NCBI GenBank assembly: GCA_946407375.1
Contig: CAMJNS010000002.1
Location: 28,593 to 92,592 of the forward strand
DNA: 64,000 bases
Direction: 5' to 3'
Origin: an uncultured bacterium
GTDB lineage: Bacteria; Muiribacteriota; Ozemobacteria; Ozemobacterales; Ozemobacteraceae
This document shows, piece after piece, positions 26,835-36,619 of the stretch; position 1 is the first letter of the stretch, and the number at the start of each line of letters is the position of its first letter. The position numbers and the translations under genes were made by a program. The notes beneath the pieces are model-generated. The model did not search any database, was not told where the DNA came from, and saw only the letters and a list, made by a program, of their open reading frames with translations.

Positions 26835-27944
26835 TTATTCCAAATCATTTAACAATGAATCATCAGGCAGAGATGAAAACACATCGTTTTCAACAGCACA
26901 GCGAATAGAATCGGTGTTTCGCTTCAAATAATCAGAAGCATAGCAGACAGAAATCTGATATTCCTTTCCCACTAGCTTTTTCTTAAGAAAAGCATAGCTG
27001 TGTTTAGGAAGATTAAGGTCTAACATATCAGTATTATGCGTAGTAAAGATTAATTGCTCATTTGCTTTCAATTTGCTAAGCATAATTCCGAAAATACGTT
27101 TTTCAATATCGGTATGAATAAAAGAAAAATGTTCGTCACAGTAATAAAAAGAATTGTTATTTACAAACATCGAAGCTAAAAATAGTGCGATATTTATTCC
27201 TTCAATTGTTCCACTTGAAAGCATTTCTTTATTTAAAAGATTTCCGTCCTGAATAATTATTTCTTCATTATTTCTTTTAATTATGAAAGAGTTTTTTAAA
27301 TCTTTGGAAATCTTAATGTCTGTCAGTGTTGGATCTAGAGTTCCAATAAATGATTTAAATATTTTAAGCAAAAGAGATTTATTAATTTTTTCAATATTAA
27401 AAAATGGAATATTGTTTGGATATGCAAATATATATTTTAAGAAATTATCGCCATCATAGTGTTTTTCTATATTATATATTTTTTCCTCAAATTCTTTTGT
27501 GCAATCAATTAATTTTTCTACAGTCTTTTCATAAGAGCAATTTGGAGAAATCTTTGCCTTAAAATATTTGTATTTTATTTTTGCAGAATCCTTAGTTTCC
27601 AAAGCCAATCTTTGTAAATAATTGTTTTTATTAACGTAATCAATGGAAAAAGAAGCTTTATGTTTTTTATCGCCTATTATATTTCTGAGAGTCGCGGGGT
27701 TAGGATTATTTATAAAGCTTGTTATTCCTAATATTGCTTTGCCTAATGTGGTTTTACCAGATGCATTTGCTCCCATTAAGATAACAGCTTTTTTATATCT
27801 AAAACTTGGAAAACCTTCTAGATGCTCGTTTTCGATTAGAGAATTAACTATTTTTTTAGGGTAAGTTAAATCAAGTTCAAAGCTTTTAAATCCATAAATA
27901 TTATCTAGTCTAAGTTTTAGTATTATCATACTCTTTCTTTCCAT
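26835..27944 (-). CDS. ABC-type (AAA_21-like) ATPase, defence-associated architecture
   Basis: Walker A GANASGKTT, signature-like LSSGT, Walker B FYYCDE, H-loop TTHN. 369 aa. Its stop lies 5 nt before the TOPRIM-like ATG. Confidence 0.75.
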   Translation of the reverse strand: MERKSMIILKLRLDNIYGFKSFELDLTYPKKIVNSLIENEHLEGFPSFRYKKAVILMGANASGKTTLGKAILGITSFINNPNPATLRNIIGDKKHKASFSIDYVNKNNYLQRLALETKDSAKIKYKYFKAKISPNCSYEKTVEKLIDCTKEFEEKIYNIEKHYDGDNFLKYIFAYPNNIPFFNIEKINKSLLLKIFKSFIGTLDPTLTDIKISKDLKNSFIIKRNNEEIIIQDGNLLNKEMLSSGTIEGINIALFLASMFVNNNSFYYCDEHFSFIHTDIEKRIFGIMLSKLKANEQLIFTTHNTDMLDLNLPKHSYAFLKKKLVGKEYQISVCYASDYLKRNTDSIRCAVENDVFSSLPDDSLLNDLE

Positions 27945-28102
27945 ATAATTACTTCGTAAATTACGAACTAATTATAAAAAATTTATTTTCTTTTTACAAG
28001 TTTTTTATACTTTGATGTTTTTTTATTTATTGTAAAAGATTGCTTCGCAGTCTATGACTGTTCGCAATGAGAGTTATGACAAGATTAGCAGAAAAATAAA
28101 AA

Positions 28103-28332
28103 TTCCCCTGTCACCGCAATGCTTTGCATTGCAACCCCCTCACCGTCTGCCTATGGCAGACAGCCCCCTCTGTCACTTCGTGACAGCTCCCACCGATTGT
28201 CTTCGACAATCAGCCCCCTCCGTCTTGCTACGCAATCCACCTCCCCCAAAGCAAAGCTTTTGGGGAGGTTCTTCGTTAATGACCCCTCAAGGGGAAGCTT
28301 TAGGACAATAAAAACAATAACTACCAACAACC
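28103..28332 (-). repeat. GC-rich modular hairpin-array repeat in the gyrA 3' region
   Basis: Plus strand shows units of about 25-32 nt, each CCCCCTC + hairpin: GCAATGC-TTT-GCATTGC, GTCTGCC-TAT-GGCAGAC, TGTCAC-TTCG-TGACAG, GATTGTC-TTCG-ACAATC. Then CCCCAAAGC..GCTTTTGGGG, ending AACAATAACTACCAACAACC. Creates the spurious ORFs 28054-28311 and 28119-28355. Confidence 0.75.
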
Positions 28333-28340
28333 TAAATACA

Positions 28341-28378
28341 AAAACCGTTTGCTAATAAAAACTAGCAAACGGCTTTTT
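28341..28378 (-). terminator. gyrA Rho-independent terminator
   Basis: 10-bp stem CCGTTTGCTA (28345-28354) / TAGCAAACGG (28363-28372). On the minus strand it is followed by TTTTTG. Confidence 0.7.
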
Positions 28379-28381
28379 CTG

Positions 28382-28420
28382 GCTTATAGCTTGTAGCTTA
28401 TAGCTTATAGCTTAAAGCTT
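28382..28420. repeat. Heptamer microsatellite (GCTTRTA) x about 5.5
   Basis: GCTTATA GCTTGTA GCTTATA GCTTATA GCTTAAA GCTT, directly abutting the gyrA stop codon (28426-28428). Confidence 0.8.
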
Positions 28421-28425
28421 ATTAA

Positions 28426-31380
28426 TTAGTCAGCTTGTTCTTCTTTTGAAGGAATTCTGACTACGGAGATGAGGCGGTCATCGCCTTCGAGGGTTATGAG
28501 TTTAACTCCGGAAGCAGCACGGCCTGTTTCTCTGATCTTGTCAGCGTCGAGTCTTACGACTTTGCCACTTGTGGTGACTATCATCAGTTCATCGCCTTCG
28601 AACATACGCTTGATTGCGAGAACGCTGCCTGTCTTTTCCACAATCTTCAGATTGATAACGCCCTTGCCGCCACGATGAGTTACGCGGTAGCTGTTGATGT
28701 TGGTTTGCTTGCTGAAACCAAGTTCAGATACGGTCAACAATGTTCCAGCGTATTTAACGTTGTCGTCCTGGGGCAATTCTTCGCCTTCAGCAGCTTCTTC
28801 ACCAGTCAATGGTTCATCGGCTACGGTTTCTGGAAGAACTTCAGGTTTCGGCTGGTCGCCAATCTGATTTTCTGTCGCAGTGTCAAGTCCAAGTTCGCCC
28901 TGCTGAGCTTCTTCCTTAGCCTTAGAGAATACTTCCATACCAACAACATAGTCGGTCTGTTCTCTGAATGCTATAGCCTTAACCCCACGGGCGGCTCTTC
29001 CCATAACTCTTACTTCGCTTTCGGGGAATCTGATTGCGTAACCGTTTCTAGTGGCTATAACAACCTGTTCACCGCCGACGATAGGTTTAACGGAAATGAG
29101 TTCGTCGTTTTCATCAAGCTTCAAAGCGATTATACCCTTGGCTTTCGGCTTTGAGAAGTCTGAAAGCTTGACCATCTTGGAAACACCATACTTGGTGACC
29201 ATAAAGAGTCTGCGCTGGTCGTCGAACTTATTGATAGGCAGAACAGCGGTGAGTCTTTCGCCTTCCTGGAACTGCAACAGGTTGACTATTGCACGGCCAG
29301 TAGCCTGTTTTCCACCTTCTGGAATCTGGTAACCCTTTATCCAGTGAACCTTACCGATAGATGTGAAAATCATCAGGTAAGAGTGAGTAGTTGCGAGGAA
29401 CATATGTTCCACAACATCTTCATCTTTAACGTTCATGACGTTGCTGCCCTTGCTTCCACGACCAATCTGTCTGAAGGAAGCTGGCGACATACGTTTGATG
29501 TAACCGTTCTTGGTGAGGGTTATGATTATATCTTCTTCCTGCATCAAGTCTTCGACATTGAGCTTTTCTGCAACAGAAGCGGTAATCTGAGTTCTGCGTG
29601 CATCGGCAAATCTTGTCTTGATGTCAATAAGTTCATTTTCGATAATTTCATAAATCTTGGCGTCAGAAGCGAGGATTTCCTTCAACTGGGCAATCAAGGC
29701 CAAGGTTTCATGGTATTCTGCCATGATCTTGTCACGTTCCAAACCTGTCAGTCTCTGCAATCTCATGTCGAGAATTGCCTGAGCCTGTTTTTCGGAAAGC
29801 GCGAAATTATCCATCAAGCCCTGTTTGGCTTCATTCGGGTCTTTTGATTCCTTGATTAATTTGATTACATCATCAAGGTTGTCAAGAGCTATGGTCAAGC
29901 CTTCCAAAATGTGGGCCTTTTCTTCTGCCTTATTCAAGCGGAAAGTTGTCCTTCTGCGGATAACTTCACGGCAGTGGTCAAGATAGTGTTCCATCAATCT
30001 CTTGATGTTGAGAATTACAGGCTTATTCTTTGAAAGAACAAGGTTAATTACGCCAAATGTGGTCTGCATCTGAGTGTGTTTGAAAAGCTGGTTCAGAATG
30101 ACTTCTGTATTAACGCCTTTTCTAAGTTCGATGCAGATTCTCATACCTTCACGGCTTGATTCATCACGAAGATCTGTAATGCCATCTATACGTTTGTCTT
30201 TAATCAAGTCAGCAATAGAAGCAACTAGTCTGGCCTTGTTGACCTGGTAGGGAAGTTCCTTAACAACTATGCGGTCTCTTCCCTTATTAAATTCTTCTAT
30301 TTCTGTAACAGCTCTGATAGTTATAGAACCACGACCTGTCTTATAAGCAGAAACAATGCCGTCACGGCCCATAATTACGCCGCCTGTTGGGAAGTCAGGA
30401 CCCGGAATGTAATTCATAATTTCATCAATAGTGATTTCAGGATTATGAATTAGAGCGACCAAGCCGTCTATAACTTCGCCAAGGTTGTGGGAAGGCATAT
30501 TGGTAGCCATACCAACAGCGATACCAGAAGAACCGTTTACAAGCAAGTTCGGGAACTTGCTGGGCAGAACGATAGGTTCGTCTAAAGAACCGTCGAAGTT
30601 CGGCATCCAGTCTACTGTGTCTTCTTTGATGTCGCGAAGCATTTCTTCGGCTAGAGCGTCGAGTCTTGCTTCTGTGTAACGCATTGCTGCAGGTTCGTCG
30701 CCGTCTACAGAACCGAAGTTACCATGACCGTCGATTAGAGGATATCTAAGGCTGAAATCCTGGGCCATACGAACCAAAGTATCGTAAACAGCAGAATCAC
30801 CATGTGGGTGATACTTACCAAGAACTTCACCGACGGTTCTTGCTGACTTAACGAATGGCTTGCGGCTTGTAATCCCCTGATCGAACATAGCGTAAAGAAC
30901 ACGTCTATGAACAGGTTTCAAACCATCTCTAACATCAGGAAGAGCACGAGCAACGATAACGCTCATTGAGTAATCCATGAATGAAACCTGTAAGTCGTCT
31001 TCAATTCTTACATCGCCGTTATCATCACCATCTCTTGTTGGAAGCAAACCTTCGCCGCCTGACAAATAATCAGCGGAATCATCTTCGGTTAAAGCTTCGT
31101 ATCCATCGCCTGATGACTGAGGAACATAGGAAGTAGCATCATCACTACCGCCTTCAACAGTTCCCAAATCATCTGTGCTCATGGCACCAGTGATTATTTC
31201 ACCACCATCGCCCATCATATCGTCTTCGGGCATATCAATGCCAGAATCGTTATTTTGAGCGTCATTATCATTTTGATCAATATTCTGGTCGGTATTTTCG
31301 GTGTTATCGTTGTTGTCGTTCACACCGTTATTGTTACCGCCCTGAATATCGTCATTATTATTGTTATTTTCGTTATCCAT
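28426..31380 (-). CDS. gyrA: DNA gyrase subunit A with a long acidic N-terminal extension
   Basis: [33 protein letters not shown], active-site region [11 protein letters not shown]-terminal beta-pinwheel repeats. About 110 extra N/D/E/G-rich residues precede the canonical start region. Confidence 0.95.
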   Translation of the reverse strand: MDNENNNNNDDIQGGNNNGVNDNNDNTENTDQNIDQNDNDAQNNDSGIDMPEDDMMGDGGEIITGAMSTDDLGTVEGGSDDATSYVPQSSGDGYEALTEDDSADYLSGGEGLLPTRDGDDNGDVRIEDDLQVSFMDYSMSVIVARALPDVRDGLKPVHRRVLYAMFDQGITSRKPFVKSARTVGEVLGKYHPHGDSAVYDTLVRMAQDFSLRYPLIDGHGNFGSVDGDEPAAMRYTEARLDALAEEMLRDIKEDTVDWMPNFDGSLDEPIVLPSKFPNLLVNGSSGIAVGMATNMPSHNLGEVIDGLVALIHNPEITIDEIMNYIPGPDFPTGGVIMGRDGIVSAYKTGRGSITIRAVTEIEEFNKGRDRIVVKELPYQVNKARLVASIADLIKDKRIDGITDLRDESSREGMRICIELRKGVNTEVILNQLFKHTQMQTTFGVINLVLSKNKPVILNIKRLMEHYLDHCREVIRRRTTFRLNKAEEKAHILEGLTIALDNLDDVIKLIKESKDPNEAKQGLMDNFALSEKQAQAILDMRLQRLTGLERDKIMAEYHETLALIAQLKEILASDAKIYEIIENELIDIKTRFADARRTQITASVAEKLNVEDLMQEEDIIITLTKNGYIKRMSPASFRQIGRGSKGSNVMNVKDEDVVEHMFLATTHSYLMIFTSIGKVHWIKGYQIPEGGKQATGRAIVNLLQFQEGERLTAVLPINKFDDQRRLFMVTKYGVSKMVKLSDFSKPKAKGIIALKLDENDELISVKPIVGGEQVVIATRNGYAIRFPESEVRVMGRAARGVKAIAFREQTDYVVGMEVFSKAKEEAQQGELGLDTATENQIGDQPKPEVLPETVADEPLTGEEAAEGEELPQDDNVKYAGTLLTVSELGFSKQTNINSYRVTHRGGKGVINLKIVEKTGSVLAIKRMFEGDELMIVTTSGKVVRLDADKIRETGRAASGVKLITLEGDDRLISVVRIPSKEEQAD

Positions 31381-31392
31381 TATAGTTCCTTA

Positions 31393-33504
<2,112 letters not shown>

Positions 33505-33642
33505 TTAGAAGCTTACGCTTCTCTTGTTGTTATTGTTTATGCGAATATTACGAAGCTTTCTATTATTTGCAATATTCGATGCTATTTAAAGCATATTAAA
33601 AACAACAAAAACCAATAACCATAAGAACAATTTATTTTTAAA

Positions 33643-33666
33643 GGGTTAGGGATTAGGGGGAAGGGG
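33643..33666 (+). other. Canonical G-quadruplex-forming motif
   Basis: GGG TTA GGG ATTA GGGGG AA GGGG: four G-tracts of at least 3 with loops of 2-4 nt, on the plus strand about 200 nt upstream of the gyrB start. Confidence 0.6.
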
Positions 33667-33786
33667 TTAGAGAAAACCCAACACGCTAATTCGTAACCGT
33701 TTTTTCTTTATTACTAAATGCTATTACTCCATTTTCGAGGGGAGATGTTGAGCTTTGGCGAAACAGAGAGGTTTTAAATAATGAGA

Positions 33787-33878
33787 AATTAGTAATTAGG
33801 AATGAGCAATTTTAATAGTCAAAAGATTTGTAAATATATTTCTTTTAATTCATAATTACTCATTACTAATTGCTAATT
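33787..33878. repeat. AT-rich 25-nt inverted repeat (22/25) with a 42-nt spacer
   Basis: AATTAGTAATTAGGAATGAGCAATT (33787-33811) versus the reverse complement of 33854-33878 (AATTAGCAATTAGTAATGAGTAATT). Confidence 0.5.
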
Positions 33879-33887
33879 ATATATAAA

Positions 33888-34008
33888 TCTCCCTGTCACC
33901 GATTGCTTACGCAATCAGCCCCTTCAGTCGAGCTGTCGCTCGCCAGCTCCCCCGCAAGCGGTGAAGCATCAGCCTAACATCCCCCTTTAAAAAAGAGGGT
34001 GTTTTTTA
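33888..34008 (-). repeat. GC-rich hairpin-array repeat, same orientation as 28103-28332
   Basis: TCTCCCTGTCACC + GATTGC-TTAC-GCAATC + AGCCCC..., CGAGC-TGTC-GCTCG, CCGC-AA-GCGG. The opening is nearly identical to TTCCCCTGTCACC at 28103. Confidence 0.65.
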
Positions 34009-34028
34009 TACTTTACCATTCTATAAAA

Positions 34029-34114
34029 GCTCGTCATTGCGAGCATACGAAGTATGCGTGGCGATCCAGTTCATTCTAGATTGCTTCGTCGCTTTGCTCC
34101 TCGCAATGACGAGC
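34029..34114. repeat. Long imperfect palindrome built on CGTCATTGCGAG / CTCGCAATGACG and GCGATCCAG / AGATTGC modules
   Basis: GCTCGTCATTGCGAGCATACGAAGTATGCGTGGCGATCCAG...AGATTGCTTCGTCGCTTTGCTCCTCGCAATGACGAGC. Confidence 0.7.
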
Positions 34115-34122
34115 CTTTTCTT

Positions 34123-34154
34123 GCTTATAGCTTAAAGCTTGTAGCTTAGAGCTA
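34123..34154. repeat. Heptamer microsatellite (GCTTRRA), second locus
   Basis: GCTTATA GCTTAAA GCTTGTA GCTTAGA GCTA. Same unit and orientation as 28382-28420. Confidence 0.75.
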
Positions 34155-34764
34155 AATAAGCAGTAGGTGCATTATTATACTACAAACCCTACCCATTTTC
34201 AAGACCGCTAAAAATCAAAAATCTAAAATAAGGCAATTTAAACGCCCAATTTTAGATTTTTTAGTTTTTTATGGTATCCCCCTACGGAAGAAATTAGGAG
34301 TTAGTAGTTAGAAATTATGAATTAATGGGGCTTAACGCTAGTTAATAGATATGAAGATAGAAATGAAAGTTGTTATTGTAGTTGGTAGTTATTGATTTTG
34401 TCGTTTTAGTTAACTAACAAAATCTCATATTTATAGAAAACGACAATCGTGATTTGTGGGCTAAGCATTTGTCATAAAAAGTATATCATTTGAGCTTGTA
34501 TAATAAGGTCTAACAAGCAAGCTTCGAGAATTAATCTTGTAATTATTTTAAATAAATCAAATTTCAAGTTGCACATTCCGAAATAATTGTATATTTTATT
34601 ATTTGAGAAACAGCAATTTTTATTACCTATGAAAAACGCTTTTTGCTGCGTTTTGAGTTGTTGATTGTCTAGGCAACAATCGCAACGGGGCGAAAGCCTT
34701 AAACTACTCTTTGATTTGCTGTTTATTTACCCCAATTAATTTTTCACAATCAAGGAGTGTTTTT

Positions 34765-35760
34765 ATGTCTAGTTTAAACAATTATTATGATGTTAGTTCT
34801 AATAGAGAAGAAAGTCTCAGTTATGGTGCAAACAGGTGTTATAAAGACAGTCTTTTCAGATTACTTTTCGGTCGAGAAGAAAACAAGCAAAATTTGCTAG
34901 ATTTGTATAATGCTTTAAATGATTCAAATTATACAAATAAAGACAATCTAACAATCAACACCATTGATGATGTTATCTATATGAAGATGAAAAACGATGT
35001 TTCTTTCATATTAGACAATCAGATGGTTCTCTTAGAACATCAAAGCACATATAATCCGAATATGCCTTTGAGAGGGCTTCTATATTTTGCAAGACTATAT
35101 GAAGGAATCGTGAATCTAAGCAAAAACATCTATTATCCTAAGCTAATAAAGATACCAACTCCGCAATATATAGTTCTCTATAATGGAACCGATAGAAAAA
35201 TTGGCAATAAAAAAGTATTAAGACTTTCAGATGCTTTTGAAAAGCCAGACCAATCTAATGAGTATGAATGGACAGCTACAATGATTGACATAAACTATGG
35301 CGAAAATAAAGATTTATTGCTAAAATGTAAGAAGTTAGGAGAATATTCTTATTTTGTTGAATCTGTCAGAAGACATTATTCTATAAATAATAATTTTCCT
35401 GTAGCAGTTGATGAAGCCGTTAAGGAATGTATTGATAAAGGTATTCTGGCAGATTTTCTAAAGAAACATATCGCGGAGGTGAGGACAGTGTTGCTAACAG
35501 AGTTTGACGAAGAAAGAGATTATAAAATTATTGCCGAAGGTTATAAAGAATTGTGGAAAGAGGAAGGATTAAATGAAGGCTTAAAAGAAGGGTTAGAAAG
35601 GGGATTAGAAAGGGGATTAGAAAAAGGAATAAAAGGTTTAATTGATATTTTAAGAGAAATGGGTTTATCTTCTGAAGAAATTAGTAATAAGATTCAAGAA
35701 AAATTTAATCTCAGTAGTGAAGAAGCTAATAAATATATTTCTAATAATAGAAATAATTAA
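34765..35760 (+). CDS. Rpn family recombination-promoting nuclease / PD-(D/E)XK putative transposase
   Basis: YKDSLFRLLFG..ENKQNLLDLYNALN...LLEHQSTYNPNMPLRGLLYFARLY. C-terminal GL(K/E)EGLERGLERGLEKG repeat. AAGGAG RBS before the ATG at 34765 (the ORF track starts at 34711). Confidence 0.8.
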   Translation: MSSLNNYYDVSSNREESLSYGANRCYKDSLFRLLFGREENKQNLLDLYNALNDSNYTNKDNLTINTIDDVIYMKMKNDVSFILDNQMVLLEHQSTYNPNMPLRGLLYFARLYEGIVNLSKNIYYPKLIKIPTPQYIVLYNGTDRKIGNKKVLRLSDAFEKPDQSNEYEWTATMIDINYGENKDLLLKCKKLGEYSYFVESVRRHYSINNNFPVAVDEAVKECIDKGILADFLKKHIAEVRTVLLTEFDEERDYKIIAEGYKELWKEEGLNEGLKEGLERGLERGLEKGIKGLIDILREMGLSSEEISNKIQEKFNLSSEEANKYISNNRNN

Positions 35761-35810
35761 GGAATATATTACTAAAGCTATTTTAGCAAATATCTTAAAA
35801 ACATTTATCG

Positions 35811-35846
35811 TTTAAACTTGTTGCTTTATAAAGCAACAAGTTTAAA
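35811..35846. terminator. 36-bp perfect palindrome downstream of the rpn-like gene
   Basis: TTTAAACTTGTTGCTTTA|TAAAGCAACAAGTTTAAA. An 18-bp perfect stem with no loop, and only a weak T-tract after it. Confidence 0.5.
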
Positions 35847-36036
35847 TATGTTTAGGCAAATAGTATAGTTAGTAATCATCATGAACGAAATCAGAGGAAC
35901 AAAGATTACAAGAGCAGGGATACTTTTATAACAATTAGTACAGCGACTTTATTATGATGCGAATTCTTCGTGACGAATGGAAAAACAATATTTCCTCATC
36001 TCAAGTGGAGACCTTAAGAAAATAAAAGCAATTTTT

Positions 36037-36354
36037 TCAATAACCCAACATATCAACTGCATATTCAGCTTCATTAAATGAGAAACCTTCAAATTCTAAT
36101 TGCTTAATCATACCACTTCTTGAAAATCCACCAACATTCTCTAAGTAATTTTTAGCTTTAATAAATGCTTGTTTTTCACCTAAAGTTGGTTCTCTATTTG
36201 ATCTATCTTCTAATCGTTTTTTTCTTTCTTCTCGTTCTTTAAGAATTCGAGATTCTAATTCAGCTTTTCTTTTAGCTTCGGATTCTTTAAATTCTTTATC
36301 TGCTTGAGCAAAAAAAGCTTTAGATTCTTTTTCCCATGCAGAATTATCATTCAT
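36037..36354 (-). CDS. Ltp-like (host cell surface-exposed lipoprotein domain) small protein lacking a signal peptide
   Basis: C-terminus EKQAFIKAKNYLENVGGFSRSGMIKQLEFEGFSFNEAEYAVDML resembles the Ltp repeat (...FSR.GLI.QLEFEGFS...A.YAV). Confidence 0.5.
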   Translation of the reverse strand: MNDNSAWEKESKAFFAQADKEFKESEAKRKAELESRILKEREERKKRLEDRSNREPTLGEKQAFIKAKNYLENVGGFSRSGMIKQLEFEGFSFNEAEYAVDMLGY

Positions 36355-36377
36355 AAAAGCTTCAATTCGGACACATA

Positions 36378-36619
36378 AAAATCGCCCTTACCGACTACCT
36401 TACAGTAGTCAGCCCCCTCAGTCACTCCGTTACAGCTCCCCCAATCTTCGATTTGGGGAGCATCGCCTTAACAAAAGGGGAGTATTTTTAGATTCTACCA
36501 ACTTAGAAAAAGCTGGATTGGCACCGACTGCTGCGCAGTCAGCCACTAACGTCTTTGGCTACGCCAATCCCACTTTCACCAAAGGGGGAAGATCTACTTT
36601 GGGGAAGGCTCTTCATTAA
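36378..36619 (-). repeat. GC-rich modular hairpin-array repeat immediately after the M20 hydrolase stop
   Basis: GACTAC..GTAGTC, AGCCCCCTCAGTCAC..., CCCCAATC-TTC-GATTTGGGG, GACTGC-TGC-GCAGTC, GGATTGGC...GCCAATCC, then CCAAAGGGGGAAGATCTACTTTGGGGAAGGCTCTTCATTAAC. Shares modules with 28103-28332 and 23941-24153. Confidence 0.7.

Noticed and set aside
28103-28300. Possible CRISPR-like array (a constant C-rich element alternating with variable segments)
   Set aside because: The units are only about 25-32 nt in total, the constant part is 7 nt, and the variable parts are themselves palindromic hairpins. Spacing is irregular and there are no cas genes. This is not CRISPR architecture.
28054-28355. 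Two overlapping plus-strand ORFs (85 aa and 78 aa) downstream of gyrA
   Set aside because: Both are read through the CCCCCTC + hairpin repeat units. Two frames are open at once, the periodic peptide mirrors the DNA repeat, and there is no RBS.
29344-29847. Numerous ORFs of 60-230 aa antisense to gyrA, gyrB, the Hsp70 gene, the M20 hydrolase, copA and the giant surface protein (for example 12223-12513, 29344-29847, 32485-33171, 37342-37729, 45785-46192, 60507-60821)
   Set aside because: All are fully nested antisense within long, motif-verified genes. None has a recognisable motif or RBS, so they are treated as frame shadows.
33643-33666. TTAGGG-like sequence as a telomere or linear-replicon end
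   Set aside because: There are only two TTAGGG-like units, embedded in an internal intergenic region flanked by ordinary chromosomal genes. It is better explained as an isolated G4 motif.
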